A program made the translations under genes and the position numbers. Shown here piece after piece: positions 36,063-46,591 of a stretch of DNA of 64,000 bases. The notes under the pieces were generated by a model. That model was not told where the DNA came from. It made no database searches and saw only the letters and a list, made by a program, of their open reading frames with translations. This stretch comes from Acidovorax sp. GTDB taxonomy: Bacteria; Pseudomonadota; Gammaproteobacteria; Burkholderiales; Burkholderiaceae_C. The DNA lies in contig NZ_JBKBTV010000010.1 of NCBI RefSeq assembly GCF_046291265.1, positions 19,199-83,198 on the forward strand, written 5' to 3'. Numbering within the stretch: position 1 is the first letter of the stretch; every line of letters begins with the position of its first letter.

Positions 36063-37748
36063 TCAGGCCGGAAGCGCGCGGGCCAGGATGGCGTCAAGGT
36101 TCACACCAGCACCCAGCGTGCCAAAGCTGTAGCCCCAGTCGCCGGAGAGGCGCGAATCACAAAAGGCGCGGAACACGGCACCGGGCGCGCTGCGCAGCAG
36201 CAGTGCGGCCTGCACGGCCAGGGCCACGTCCTGCGCCAGGCGGCGGGCCTCGGCCTCGGTGGTCATGGCGTCCACGCGCAAAGGCAATGCGCCCGCCAGG
36301 CGGTCCAGCGCCGGGTGGGCACCGCGTGCGGGGGCCAGTTCGGCGGCCAGGGCGGCGGCGGTGTCGGCGCGGCGCACAGCGCGCATCAAATCCAGCGCCA
36401 TGATGTTGCCCGCGCCCTCCCAGATGGAGTTGAGGGGCATTTCGCGATAGATGCGGGCCATCACGCCTTCGCCGCCCTCTTCCACATAGCCGTTACCGCC
36501 CAGGCACTCCATGGCCTCTTGGGCAAACACGCTGCCGCGCTTGCACACCCAGAACTTGGCCACGGGCGTGAGCAGGCGGGCCATCAGCGCCTCGTGTTCG
36601 CTTTTGTCTTTATGGTCAAAAGCACTTGCAAGCCTTATGGATAAAGCGGTAGCCGCTTCACTTTCGAGAGCAAGGTCGGCCAGCACGTTGCGCATCAGCG
36701 GCTGGTCGATCAGTTTTTTGCCAAAGGCCGACCGCTGGCGGGTGTGGTGCAGCGCAATGCTGAGCGCCTGGCGCATGAGGCCGCTGGTGCCCAGCGCGCA
36801 ATCGAGCCGCGTCATGGTGCCCATCTCCAGGATCTGCGCCACGCCACGGCCCTCCTCGCCCACGCGCCAGGCCATGGCGTCGATGAACTCGACCTCGGAG
36901 CTGGCGTTGGCATGATTGCCCAGCTTGTCCTTGAGGCGCTGGATGCGGATGTTGTTGACCGCCCCCTCCCCGCCGTCCGGCAGCACACGCGGCAGGAAGA
37001 AGCAGGTGAGGCCGCCCGGCGCCTGAGCCAGGATCAGGAACGCGTCGCACATGGGCGCCGAGAAGAACCATTTGTGGCCGGTCAGCCGATAGCGCGCACC
37101 CCAGGCATCCTCGCCATCGGCCACCGCCTGCGTGGTGTTGGCGCGCACGTCCGATCCGCCCTGCTTCTCGGTCATTCCCATGCCCATGGTGAGCGCGGAT
37201 TTTTGCGAGAACAGGGCCAGGCGCGGGTCGTACTGCGTGCTGGCCAGTCCGGCGCTCCAGTCGGCCCATACCGCCGCGTTGCCGCGCAGTGCGGGCGTGA
37301 CCGCGTAGCTCATCGACACGGGGCACAGCACCGACGGCTCGGCCTCGGTGAACAGCATGAAGCCTGCGGCACGCTCAATGTGGGCGTGGGCGGTGTCTTT
37401 GCGCGACCAGGGCGTGGCGTGTAATCCGTGGCGCAGCGCAGCGCCGATGAGCGCGTGATAGCTGGGGTGGAACTCCACCACATCGGTGCGGTGGCCAAAA
37501 CGGTCGTGCGTGCGCAGTTGCGGCGGGTGCGTGTTGGCCAGGCGCGCGTGGGCCAGCATTTCCGCCGATCCCATCTCTGCGCCCAGCGCCGTGAGGTCGG
37601 CCAGCGGCAGGCTGGGGGCATGCAGACGCAGCGCGTCTTGCAGGGGCTGGTTCGTGGTGAAAAGGTTCACATCCGCCCAAGGCGTGCTCTGGTTGAACAC
37701 GTCGTGGGTGCGTGCAGGGCTGGCGGTGGGTACGGTTGCAGTGGTCAT
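36063..37748 (-). CDS. AidB-like acyl-CoA dehydrogenase family protein
   Basis: Track ORF is 36063..38018. ATG 37748 (MTTATVPTASPARTHDVFNQSTPWADVNLF) overlaps the GNAT stop (ATGA). The C-terminal motif is RIYREMPLNSIWEGAGNIM. Confidence 0.85.
   Translation of the reverse strand: MTTATVPTASPARTHDVFNQSTPWADVNLFTTNQPLQDALRLHAPSLPLADLTALGAEMGSAEMLAHARLANTHPPQLRTHDRFGHRTDVVEFHPSYHALIGAALRHGLHATPWSRKDTAHAHIERAAGFMLFTEAEPSVLCPVSMSYAVTPALRGNAAVWADWSAGLASTQYDPRLALFSQKSALTMGMGMTEKQGGSDVRANTTQAVADGEDAWGARYRLTGHKWFFSAPMCDAFLILAQAPGGLTCFFLPRVLPDGGEGAVNNIRIQRLKDKLGNHANASSEVEFIDAMAWRVGEEGRGVAQILEMGTMTRLDCALGTSGLMRQALSIALHHTRQRSAFGKKLIDQPLMRNVLADLALESEAATALSIRLASAFDHKDKSEHEALMARLLTPVAKFWVCKRGSVFAQEAMECLGGNGYVEEGGEGVMARIYREMPLNSIWEGAGNIMALDLMRAVRRADTAAALAAELAPARGAHPALDRLAGALPLRVDAMTTEAEARRLAQDVALAVQAALLLRSAPGAVFRAFCDSRLSGDWGYSFGTLGAGVNLDAILARALPA
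36603..36665 (-). repeat. possible decayed copy F of repeat family 1 inside the aidB-like CDS (uncertain)
   Basis: The sequence gcggctaccgctttatccataaggcttgcaagtgcttttgac resembles atagctactagcgcttatccaataagcgctagaggcactttt. It keeps an imperfect hairpin and coincides with a local patch of A/T-ending codons. Confidence 0.3.
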
Positions 37749-38212
37749 GGGGGGCTCCACAACATTTCGATATGGGGAATATCGTCTTCGAGGTACTCGT
37801 CCGATACGGCCACAAAACCCAGGCTGCCGTAAAAGCCCTGCAGGTGCGCCTGCGCGCTGATGCGGATGCCCTGGCCGGGAAACGCCTGCTGACAGCGGGC
37901 GATGCCCTCCTGCATCAACACCCGGCCAGTGCCGTTGCCACGCGCCTCCTTCGACGTCACAACGCGACCAATGGAGGGCTCGGGGAAGTTCACGCCCGGG
38001 TCCACCACGCGCAGGCACGCTTGTGCGACACCCGCCTCGTCGTAGCCCAGCAGGTGGTGCGATTGTTTGTCGGCCCCATCCGGGTCTTGGTACGGGCCCT
38101 GCTCCAGGATGAAGACCTTGCAGCGCAGCGCCAGCGCGTCGTGCAGCGCGTTCACCCCCAGGTCGTCGAACCGGGCCCAGGTCCAGCGCAGCGTGGGTGG
38201 CAAGGTACGCAT
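37745..38212 (-). CDS. GNAT family N-acetyltransferase (ElaA-like)
   Basis: ORF track, 155 aa. The acetyl-CoA motif RGNGTGRVLM is present, and the layout is ElaA-like (FILEQGPYQDPDGADK). Confidence 0.8.
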   Translation of the reverse strand: MRTLPPTLRWTWARFDDLGVNALHDALALRCKVFILEQGPYQDPDGADKQSHHLLGYDEAGVAQACLRVVDPGVNFPEPSIGRVVTSKEARGNGTGRVLMQEGIARCQQAFPGQGIRISAQAHLQGFYGSLGFVAVSDEYLEDDIPHIEMLWSPP

Positions 38213-38214
38213 GC

Positions 38215-39231
38215 TCAGATCAGTTTCACCAGTTGTTTGCCAAAGTTTTTGCCTTTGAGCAAACCCAGAAACGCTTCGGGCGCCGCAGCAATGCCCTCGG
38301 CAACCGTCTCGCGTGGGCGCAGCTTGCCGGTGCCGACCAGCGTGCCCAGTTCCTTCAAGGCCTCGGGCCAGACTTCCATGTGTTCGCTCACGATAAAACC
38401 TTCAACCTTCATGCGGTTGATGAGGATGAGCGCGGGGTTCTGCAGCGGCAGCGGCTGGCCGTCGTACCCGGCGATCAAGCCGCACACCGCAACGCGCGCA
38501 AACGCGTTGGAACGCAGCAGCACAGCATCCAAGATGTAGCCGCCCACGTTTTCAAAATAGCCGTCGATGCCCTTCGGGCAGGCTTCCTTCAGTGCCTTGG
38601 ACATGGACTTGAGGTCGCCATGCTCGCGGTGGTCAATGCACACGTCAAAGCCCAGCTCTTCGACCGCGTATTTGCACTTGTCAGGCCCGCCCGCAATACC
38701 CACCACGCGGCAGCCGCGCGCTTTGGCCAGCGCGGCAAACGCGCTGCCCACGGCGCCTGTGGCGGCGCTCACCACCACGGTCTCGCCCTCCTTGGGCGCA
38801 ATGATCTTGACCAGGCCGTACCAGGCCGTCACGCCGGGCATGCCCACGGCGCCCAGGTAATGCGACAGCGGCACGTGCGTGGTGTCCACCTTGCGCAGCG
38901 CGCCCACGGCGTTGCCGTCGACCACGCTGTATTCCTGCCAGCCGCCCATGCCCACCACTTTGTCGCCCACGGCGTACTTGGGGTGCTTGCTTTCAGCCAC
39001 CTCGCCCACGGTGCCGCCGATCATGACTTCGCCCAGGCCTTGTGATGCGGCGTAGCTCTTGCTCTCGTTCATGCGGCCGCGCATGTAGGGGTCCAGGCTC
39101 AGAAAGTGGTGGCGCACCAGCACCTCACCGTCCTTGAGCGCAGGCGTGTCCACCGCCACCAGCTTGAAGTTGCTGGCCACGGCCTCGCCCTGCGGGCGGT
39201 TGTCGAGAACGATTTGTTGATTGCGTGGCAT
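38215..39231 (-). CDS. NADP-dependent oxidoreductase, medium-chain reductase family (YncB/CurA-like)
   Basis: The track ORF 38215..39258 starts at a GTG. ATG 39231 (MPRNQQIVLDNRP) has a GGAG upstream. The cofactor motif is VSAATGAVGS. Confidence 0.85.
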   Translation of the reverse strand: MPRNQQIVLDNRPQGEAVASNFKLVAVDTPALKDGEVLVRHHFLSLDPYMRGRMNESKSYAASQGLGEVMIGGTVGEVAESKHPKYAVGDKVVGMGGWQEYSVVDGNAVGALRKVDTTHVPLSHYLGAVGMPGVTAWYGLVKIIAPKEGETVVVSAATGAVGSAFAALAKARGCRVVGIAGGPDKCKYAVEELGFDVCIDHREHGDLKSMSKALKEACPKGIDGYFENVGGYILDAVLLRSNAFARVAVCGLIAGYDGQPLPLQNPALILINRMKVEGFIVSEHMEVWPEALKELGTLVGTGKLRPRETVAEGIAAAPEAFLGLLKGKNFGKQLVKLI

Positions 39232-39255
39232 GTAAGGCTCCTTCAGAATGTCTGT

Positions 39256-39326
39256 CACTATGAATTCAATAGCTGCTAGCGCTTATGAATAAAGCGCTAG
39301 AGGCCAATTTGGCTTAAAAATTTAAC
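39256..39326 (+). repeat. copy D of repeat family 1
   Basis: The sequence is cactatgaattcaatagctgctagcgcttatgaataaagcgctagaggccaatttggcttaaaaatttaactc. It ends at the thioesterase stop codon (39327-39329). Confidence 0.9.
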
Positions 39327-39758
39327 TCAATCGGTGGAAATGACCTTGAGGTCATTCACATTGCGCCCATCGACTGGCAGGCGCCGCACGTACTTGAACG
39401 TGCCGGTGGCGTGGCAACACACCTTGCCCTGCGCGTCGTACACCGTGCCCTCGGTAAACGCCATGGTGGCCGTGCGGTGGATGAGCCGCCCCTTGGCCAC
39501 CAGCGGCCCCCGCGCAGGCTGCATGAAGCTGGTCTTCATCTCAATGGTGACCACGCCCATGTCCGGCGTATCGCTGCGCGCCGCCGTGGCCATGGTCACA
39601 TCCAGCAGCGTCATCGACGCACCGCCGTGGGTCACGTCAAACGAGTTCAGGTGTTCGGGCTTGGCCTCATACCGCAGCTCGGACTCTCCGCCCTCCATGC
39701 GGTGCAGCGTGAAGCCGAGGTGGCTGACAAAGGGGATTTCGACACCAAAACTTTTCAA
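39327..39758 (-). CDS. PaaI-family hotdog-fold thioesterase
   Basis: ORF track, 143 aa. The motif is NSFDVTHGGASMTLLD. Confidence 0.8.
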   Translation of the reverse strand: MKSFGVEIPFVSHLGFTLHRMEGGESELRYEAKPEHLNSFDVTHGGASMTLLDVTMATAARSDTPDMGVVTIEMKTSFMQPARGPLVAKGRLIHRTATMAFTEGTVYDAQGKVCCHATGTFKYVRRLPVDGRNVNDLKVISTD

Positions 39759-39796
39759 GGGATTTCCTCAGTACACGGGCACCAACGTACCTAAAA

Positions 39797-39903
39797 CCGT
39801 TCACGCTGAGCCCTTCGACAGGCTCAGGAAAGGCTTGTCAAAGCGCTGCGCGAGGCTTCGACGAGCTCAGCCCGAACAGGTGTTTCAAATTCGAGATGTT
39901 GAC
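39797..39903. repeat. REP family 2, inverted pair plus tail
   Basis: The sequence is ccgttcacgctgagcccttcgacagg ... gcttcgacgagctcagcccgaacaggtg tttcaaattcgagatgttgac. The tail matches the copy at 19151. Confidence 0.85.
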
Positions 39904-39911
39904 CCAATCAT

Positions 39912-40703
39912 TCAACCACCCGTCACGATGCTCACGCCACCATCCACCGCCAGCCACTGCCCGGTGATGTGCTTGCCTGCATCCGACGCGTACAACGCGC
40001 ACAGGCCCTTCAGATCTTCGTCATCGCCCAGACGGCCCAGCGGGGCGTGCGCGGCCAGCGCTTCTTCGCCCATGGCCTTCAAGGTGCCCACCGTCATCTT
40101 GCTGGGGAAGAACCCAGGGCAGATCGCGTTGACGCGGATGTTGTACGCGCCCCATTCGGCGGCCAACGCACGGGTGAAGTTAATCACCGCGCCCTTGGAG
40201 GTGTTGTAAGCAATGGTGTTCATGCCCTTGGGGTTGCCGCCCAAGCCAGCGATGGACGCCACGTTGATGATGCTGCCGCTGCGGCGGCCGATCATGCTGT
40301 GCTTGGCGATGTGCTGGCTGAGGATGAAGTAGCCGCGCACATTGAGGTTCATCACCTTGTCCCAGGCTTCCACCGGGTGGTCCTCGGCCGGAGCGCCCCA
40401 GGCGGCGCCTGCGTTGTTCACCAGAATGTCCACGTGGCCCAGACGTTCCAGGGTTTCGTCGGCCAGGCGGCGGATGTCGGCTTCGTTGGAGCAGTCGGCG
40501 GCAATCCAGCGTGCATCGATGCCAGCGGCCTGCAGGTCGGCTGCGGCCTCTTCCAGGTCAGATGCTTTGCGTGAACTCAGCACGATCTTGGCGCCCGCCT
40601 CGCCCAGCGCATGCGCCAGTTGCAGGCCCAGGCCGCGCGAGCCGCCGGTCACCAAAGCCGTCTTGCCGGACAGGTCAAACAGTTGTTGGATGGTGCGTGT
40701 CAT
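39912..40703 (-). CDS. SDR family oxidoreductase
   Basis: ORF track, 263 aa. It carries TGGSRGLG and the catalytic YNTSK. Confidence 0.85.
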   Translation of the reverse strand: MTRTIQQLFDLSGKTALVTGGSRGLGLQLAHALGEAGAKIVLSSRKASDLEEAAADLQAAGIDARWIAADCSNEADIRRLADETLERLGHVDILVNNAGAAWGAPAEDHPVEAWDKVMNLNVRGYFILSQHIAKHSMIGRRSGSIINVASIAGLGGNPKGMNTIAYNTSKGAVINFTRALAAEWGAYNIRVNAICPGFFPSKMTVGTLKAMGEEALAAHAPLGRLGDDEDLKGLCALYASDAGKHITGQWLAVDGGVSIVTGG

Positions 40704-40890
40704 GTGTTGTGTCTCCTTCAGAATTTATGGGTTGTAAGGGGTGCTCGGGGGACACTGAAATGGCATCGGTGTCTGCCGCTCAACCCTGTGCACAAACGAT
40801 GATTGTGCGACGCAACGCGGGCCTTCAGTGTCTCCTGAGCGATCAACCGCCCATCATCAGCCGCGAGTGACATCGAAAGTACCGCAGCCG

Positions 40891-41100
40891 TCACCGCTCC
40901 ACGTCAGGCTGCAAACGCGCCCGCACACCGATCAGCACCACACCCGCCACGGCCACCATGCCGCCCACCACCATCAGCGCCCAACCGGTGGTGTTGTCGG
41001 TGCGCGCGGTGGCAATGCCCAGCACCAGTGCCAGCAGGCCGCCGTAGATCAGCGCCCAGATGATTTTGTGCAGGCGCTGCAGCTTTTGTGCGCTGGCCAT
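40891..41100 (-). CDS. small two-TM membrane protein (69 aa, hypothetical)
   Basis: This is the 3' part of track ORF 40891..41673. ATG 41100-41098 overlaps the TGA of the upstream acyl-CoA dehydrogenase (ATGA). The sequence is MASAQKLQRLHKIIWALIYGGLLALVLGIATARTDNTTGWALMVVGGMVAVAGVVLIGVRARLQPDVER. Confidence 0.5.
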   Translation of the reverse strand: MASAQKLQRLHKIIWALIYGGLLALVLGIATARTDNTTGWALMVVGGMVAVAGVVLIGVRARLQPDVER

Positions 41101-42962
41101 CAGAAAGCCTCCTCGGGAAAGGTGGCGCAGGTCGCATCGCGCGCACTCACCACCTGCAACCACGCGCCAATTTTTGGCAATTCGTAGTGAAAGAAGAACC
41201 GCATGGCGCCCATGCGCCCCACGCTGGCGGGCTGCGCCAGCGCTGCATCGGCCTGCAAGGTGGCCAGCGCCACATCCAGCCACACCCAGGCCAGCACCAT
41301 ATGGCCAAACGCCTGCATGTAGGGCACGGCATTGGCCAGCGCATCGGTGGGCTGGCCGGTGGCCCACGCGGCCTTGGTGGCAGCACCCACCTGCTGCAGC
41401 GCGCTGCCCAAGGCATTGGCGTGCGCTGCCAGCGCGGGCACCTGGATGGCGCGCTCGATGGTGCCGTTGATGCGCCCAGCCAGCAATTGCAGGCCCCGTC
41501 CGTTTTCCATCAACACTTTGCGGCCCAGCAGGTCCATGGCCTGGATGCCGTGGGTGCCTTCGTGGATCATGTTCAGGCGGTTGTCGCGCCAGTATTGCTC
41601 CACGGGAAAGTCGCGCGTGTAGCCATAGCCGCCGTGGATCTGGATGGCCAGGCTGTTGGCCTCCAGGCACCACTCGCTGGGCCAGCTTTTGGCGATGGGT
41701 GTCAGCACCTCCAGCAGCAGGCGGGCTTCGTCGGCCGCGGCCGAATCACCCGTGGCCTGCTCGTCCACCAGGCGCGCGCAGAACAGGTTGAGCGCCAGCG
41801 CCCCTTCGCAGTACGACTTCTGTGCCAGCAACATGCGCTTGACGTCGGCGTGTTCAATGATGCGCACCTGCGGCTGCGCCACGTCCTTGACCACGGCAGC
41901 GGCAGCGGCATCTTTGTCCTTGGGGCCCTGCACCGGGCGGCCCTGGGGGCGGTTCTTGGCGTAGTCGAGGCTGGCGTAGTAGCCCGCCAGGCCCAGCATG
42001 GTCGCTGCCATGCCAATGCCGATGCGCGCCTCGTTCATCATGTGGAACATACAGTGCAGGCCCTTGCCCGCCTGGCCCACGAGGTAGCCCACGGCGCCTG
42101 CTTCGCCATCCACTGGGTACTTGCCTTCGCCAAAGTTGAGCAGCGTGTTGGTGGTGCCGCGCCAGCCCAGCTTGTGGTTCAGGCCCGCCAGCGCCACGTC
42201 GTTGCGCACGCCGGTCAGATTGCCGTCGGTGTCCACCATCTTCTTGGGCACGATGAACAGCGAAATGCCTTTGGTGCCGGGCACCAGCTTGCCGTCCGGC
42301 CCGGGGATCTTGGCCAGCACCAGGTGGATGATGTTCTCGGTCAGCTCGTGCTCGCCAGCCGAAATCCACATCTTGTTGCCTTTAAGGCGGTAGCGCGGGC
42401 CCAACGAGTCGCTCTCAAAACCGTCGCCATCGGGCACCGCACGCGTAGCCACATCGCTGAGCGATGAGCCCGCCTGCGGCTCGCTCAAGCACATGGTGCC
42501 CGAGAAGCGGCCCGAGAATTCGTTGAGCGCAAACACCTTCTGCTGCGCCTCGGTGCCGTGCACCATCAACAGGTTGGCATTGCCCACCGTGAGCAGGCCT
42601 GAGCCCATGCTAATCGACGCCACTGCAAAAAAGCTGTTGGCTGCCGCCTCCACCGTGTAAGGCAGCTGCATGCCGCCGATGTCGTAGTCCTGCGCAGCGC
42701 TCAGCATGCCCGACGCGGCGTACGCCTTCTGCGCATCGTGCGTGCACTGGGGCAGCGTGACCTTCTCGCCGTCAAAGTGCGGCTCTTGCGTATCGACCGT
42801 GCGGTTGAAGGGCGCGTATTTTTCGCGCGCAATGCGTTCGCAGGTGTCGATCACTGCGTCGAAGGTTTCGCGTGAGTGGTCGGCAAAGCGGTTGCGTTCT
42901 TGCAGCTTTTCGGCCTGAAGCCACTGGTACAGCAGGAAGTCAACGGTGGGACGTAGGCTCAT
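41100..42962 (-). CDS. acyl-CoA dehydrogenase (large, about 620-aa class)
   Basis: ORF track, 620 aa. The middle and C-terminal ACAD domains are present (ISAGEHELTENIIHLVLAK..., IQIHGGYGYTRDFPVEQYWRDNRLNMIHEGT). Confidence 0.9.
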   Translation of the reverse strand: MSLRPTVDFLLYQWLQAEKLQERNRFADHSRETFDAVIDTCERIAREKYAPFNRTVDTQEPHFDGEKVTLPQCTHDAQKAYAASGMLSAAQDYDIGGMQLPYTVEAAANSFFAVASISMGSGLLTVGNANLLMVHGTEAQQKVFALNEFSGRFSGTMCLSEPQAGSSLSDVATRAVPDGDGFESDSLGPRYRLKGNKMWISAGEHELTENIIHLVLAKIPGPDGKLVPGTKGISLFIVPKKMVDTDGNLTGVRNDVALAGLNHKLGWRGTTNTLLNFGEGKYPVDGEAGAVGYLVGQAGKGLHCMFHMMNEARIGIGMAATMLGLAGYYASLDYAKNRPQGRPVQGPKDKDAAAAAVVKDVAQPQVRIIEHADVKRMLLAQKSYCEGALALNLFCARLVDEQATGDSAAADEARLLLEVLTPIAKSWPSEWCLEANSLAIQIHGGYGYTRDFPVEQYWRDNRLNMIHEGTHGIQAMDLLGRKVLMENGRGLQLLAGRINGTIERAIQVPALAAHANALGSALQQVGAATKAAWATGQPTDALANAVPYMQAFGHMVLAWVWLDVALATLQADAALAQPASVGRMGAMRFFFHYELPKIGAWLQVVSARDATCATFPEEAF

Positions 42963-43032
42963 AACATTTCAAGCTAAAAGTGCCTCTAGCGCTTATGCAA
43001 TAAGCGCTAGCAGCTATTGAAACAGGAGTAAA
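42963..43032 (-). repeat. copy E of repeat family 1, directly upstream of the acyl-CoA dehydrogenase start codon
   Basis: The reverse complement reads tttactcctgtttcaatagctgctagcgcttattgcataagcgctagaggcacttttagcttgaaatgttat. It fills the gap between the fadA terminator and ATG 42962. Confidence 0.9.
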
Positions 43033-43033
43033 C

Positions 43034-43074
43034 AAAAAAAGCCCCGACAGCGGTTCGCGCCGTCGAGGCTTTTC
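43034..43074 (-). terminator. intrinsic terminator after the thiolase gene
   Basis: The stem is gccccgac / gtcgaggc (one mismatch) with a 13-nt loop. On the minus strand it is followed by T7 (A-run 43034-43040 on the + strand). Confidence 0.7.
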
Positions 43075-43084
43075 TCTTCATCGC

Positions 43085-44260
<1,176 letters not shown>

Positions 44261-44301
44261 GTGAATTCCTTGTATTCGGTAGATGGGTGCGCGCTTGCGG
44301 C

Positions 44302-46401
44302 TTACTGGAAGGACTTGCCTTCAGCGGCGAGCTTGGCCAGCAGCGGAGCGGGCTTCCAGAACTCCGCGTCGTCGTTGGGGTTCTTGGCGAAACGGTCCAT
44401 GGCCTGCACGACGTTAAACAGGCCCACTTCGCTGGCGTAGTGCATGGGGCCGCCGCGGTGGATGGGGAAGCCATAGCCCGTCAGGTAGACCATGTCGATG
44501 TCGCCGGACTTGCTGGCGATGCCGTCTTCCAGGATGTGCGCGCCTTCGTTGACCAGTGAGAACACCAGGCGCTGCACGATTTCTTCGTCCGAGATCTTGC
44601 GCGGCGTGATGCCCAGGGCCGAGCGGTGGTCTTCGATCATCTTGTTGACCAGATCGCTAGGAATCGCGTCGCGCTTGCCGGCCTGGTAGTCGTACCAGCC
44701 TGCGCCGGTCTTCTGGCCGAAGCGGCCCAGCTCACACAACTTGTCGGCGGTGCGGCTGTACTTCATGTCGGCGCGCTCGACGGAACGGCGCTTGCGGATC
44801 GCCCAGCCGATGTCGTTACCAGCCAGGTCGCCCATGCGGAACGGGCCCATGGCAAAGCCAAACTTCTCGACCGCCTTGTCCACCTGCTGGGGCGTGCAGC
44901 CTTCGTCCAGCAGAAAGCCGGCCTGGCGGCTGTACTGCTCGATCATGCGGTTGCCGATGAAGCCATCGCACACGCCCGACACCACCGAGGTCTTCTTGAT
45001 CTTCTTGCCAATGGCCATTACCGTGGCCAGCACGTCCTTGGCGGTCTCTTTGCCACGCACCACTTCGAGCAGCTTCATCACGTTGGCAGGGCTGAAGAAG
45101 TGCATGCCCACCACGTCTTGCGGACGCTTGGTGAAGGCGGCGATCTTGTCCACGTCGAGTGTGGAGGTGTTGGAAGCCAGGATGGCACCGGGCTTGGCCA
45201 CGGCGTCCAGTTGCTTGAACACGGCTTCCTTGACGCCCATCTCTTCAAACACAGCCTCGATGATGAGGTCGCAGTCCTTGAAGTCTTCGTAGCTCAGCGT
45301 GGTGGACAGCAGGGCCATGCGCTGGTCGTACTTGTCTTGCTTGAGCTTGCCTTTCTTGACCTGGGCTTCGTAGTTCTTCTTGATCGTGGCGATGCCACGG
45401 TCCAGGGCTTCCTGCTTCATTTCCAGAATCTTGACGGGGATGCCCGCGTTCAGGAAGTTCATGGAAATGCCACCGCCCATGGTGCCCGCGCCAATCACGC
45501 CGACCAGCTTGATGTCGCGCTTGGGGGTGTCCGATGGCACGTCAGGGATCTTGCTCGCTGCGCGCTCTGCCATGAACAGATGACGCAATGCGCGCGACTC
45601 TGGCGTCCACATCAGGTTGATGAAAATCTCGCGCTCGACCAGCATGCCTTCGGCAAACTTCTTCTTGGTGGCGGCTTCGACCGCGTCCACGCACTTGGCA
45701 GGCGCGGGGAAGTTCTTGGCCATGCCTTTGACCATGTTGCGCGCGAACTGGAAGTACGCGTCGCCTTCGGGGTGCTTGCAAGGGAAGTTGCGGACCAGCG
45801 GCAGTGGGCGGGCATCCGCCACGCTCTGTGCAAAGGCCAGGGCCTCGGCCGCCAGAGATTCAGCAGACGCCGCCAACTTGTCAAACAGCTTCTGGCCGGG
45901 CACGCCGGCAATCATTTCGCTCTTGACGGGCTCGCCGCTCACGATGAGGTTGAGCGCGGCTTCGACACCAATCACTCGTGGCAGGCGCTGCGTGCCGCCT
46001 GCGCCGGGGATCAGGCCCAACTTGACTTCAGGCAGCGCAATCGAGCAGCCAGGCGCTGCGATGCGGTAGTGGCAGCCCAGGGCCAGCTCCAGCCCACCGC
46101 CCATGGCGACGCTGTGCATGGCGGCCACCACAGGCTTGGCCGAGTTTTCGATGGCAGCAATCACCGACAGCAGGTTGGGTTCTTGCAGCGACTTGTCGGT
46201 GCCGAACTCCTTGATGTCGGCGCCGCCGGAGAAGGCGCCGCCAGCCCCGGTGATGACGATGGACGTGACCGCTGCATCGGCATTGGCACGGCTGAGGCCG
46301 TCCACGATGCCTTGCCGGGTCGCCAGGCCCAGTCCGTTGACGGGAGGGTTGGCCATGGTGATCACGGCAACGGAGCCGTGGACTTTGTATTCAGCGGTCA
46401 T
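44302..46401 (-). CDS. bifunctional enoyl-CoA hydratase / 3-hydroxyacyl-CoA dehydrogenase (FadB/FadJ-like)
   Basis: ORF track, 699 aa. The crotonase region contains [12 protein letters not shown] and the NAD-binding motif is [11 protein letters not shown]. Confidence 0.9.
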   Translation of the reverse strand: MTAEYKVHGSVAVITMANPPVNGLGLATRQGIVDGLSRANADAAVTSIVITGAGGAFSGGADIKEFGTDKSLQEPNLLSVIAAIENSAKPVVAAMHSVAMGGGLELALGCHYRIAAPGCSIALPEVKLGLIPGAGGTQRLPRVIGVEAALNLIVSGEPVKSEMIAGVPGQKLFDKLAASAESLAAEALAFAQSVADARPLPLVRNFPCKHPEGDAYFQFARNMVKGMAKNFPAPAKCVDAVEAATKKKFAEGMLVEREIFINLMWTPESRALRHLFMAERAASKIPDVPSDTPKRDIKLVGVIGAGTMGGGISMNFLNAGIPVKILEMKQEALDRGIATIKKNYEAQVKKGKLKQDKYDQRMALLSTTLSYEDFKDCDLIIEAVFEEMGVKEAVFKQLDAVAKPGAILASNTSTLDVDKIAAFTKRPQDVVGMHFFSPANVMKLLEVVRGKETAKDVLATVMAIGKKIKKTSVVSGVCDGFIGNRMIEQYSRQAGFLLDEGCTPQQVDKAVEKFGFAMGPFRMGDLAGNDIGWAIRKRRSVERADMKYSRTADKLCELGRFGQKTGAGWYDYQAGKRDAIPSDLVNKMIEDHRSALGITPRKISDEEIVQRLVFSLVNEGAHILEDGIASKSGDIDMVYLTGYGFPIHRGGPMHYASEVGLFNVVQAMDRFAKNPNDDAEFWKPAPLLAKLAAEGKSFQ

Positions 46402-46461
46402 GGTGCTGTTGTTCCTTGGAAAGTGAAAAAGAACGATCGTGCGTTTTTATTGTAGAGACTT

Positions 46462-46473
46462 CAAACCAGTTTG
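46462..46473. promoter_or_regulatory. candidate TetR/PsrA-type operator upstream of the FadB-like gene
   Basis: CAAAC-CA-GTTTG is a perfect palindrome about 60 nt upstream of ATG 46401. It fits the PsrA-type consensus (G/C)AAAC-N2-4-GTTT(G/C) as I recall it. An adjacent 18-bp palindrome ttgtcccgggcgggacaa lies at 46484-46501. Confidence 0.3.
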
Positions 46474-46531
46474 GCGTGTCAATTTGTCCCGGGCGGGACA
46501 AGGGGGTTTGCAGCGCAGCATCCCGCGGGGC

Positions 46532-46565
46532 AAAAAAAGAGGCGCCGTCAACTATCGGGCGCCTC
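46532..46565 (-). terminator. intrinsic terminator after the last ABC ATPase gene
   Basis: The stem is gaggcgcc / ggcgcctc with an 11-nt loop. On the minus strand it is followed by T7. Confidence 0.8.
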
Positions 46566-46591
46566 TCTTGATCTTGATTTGCCGGAAGTCG

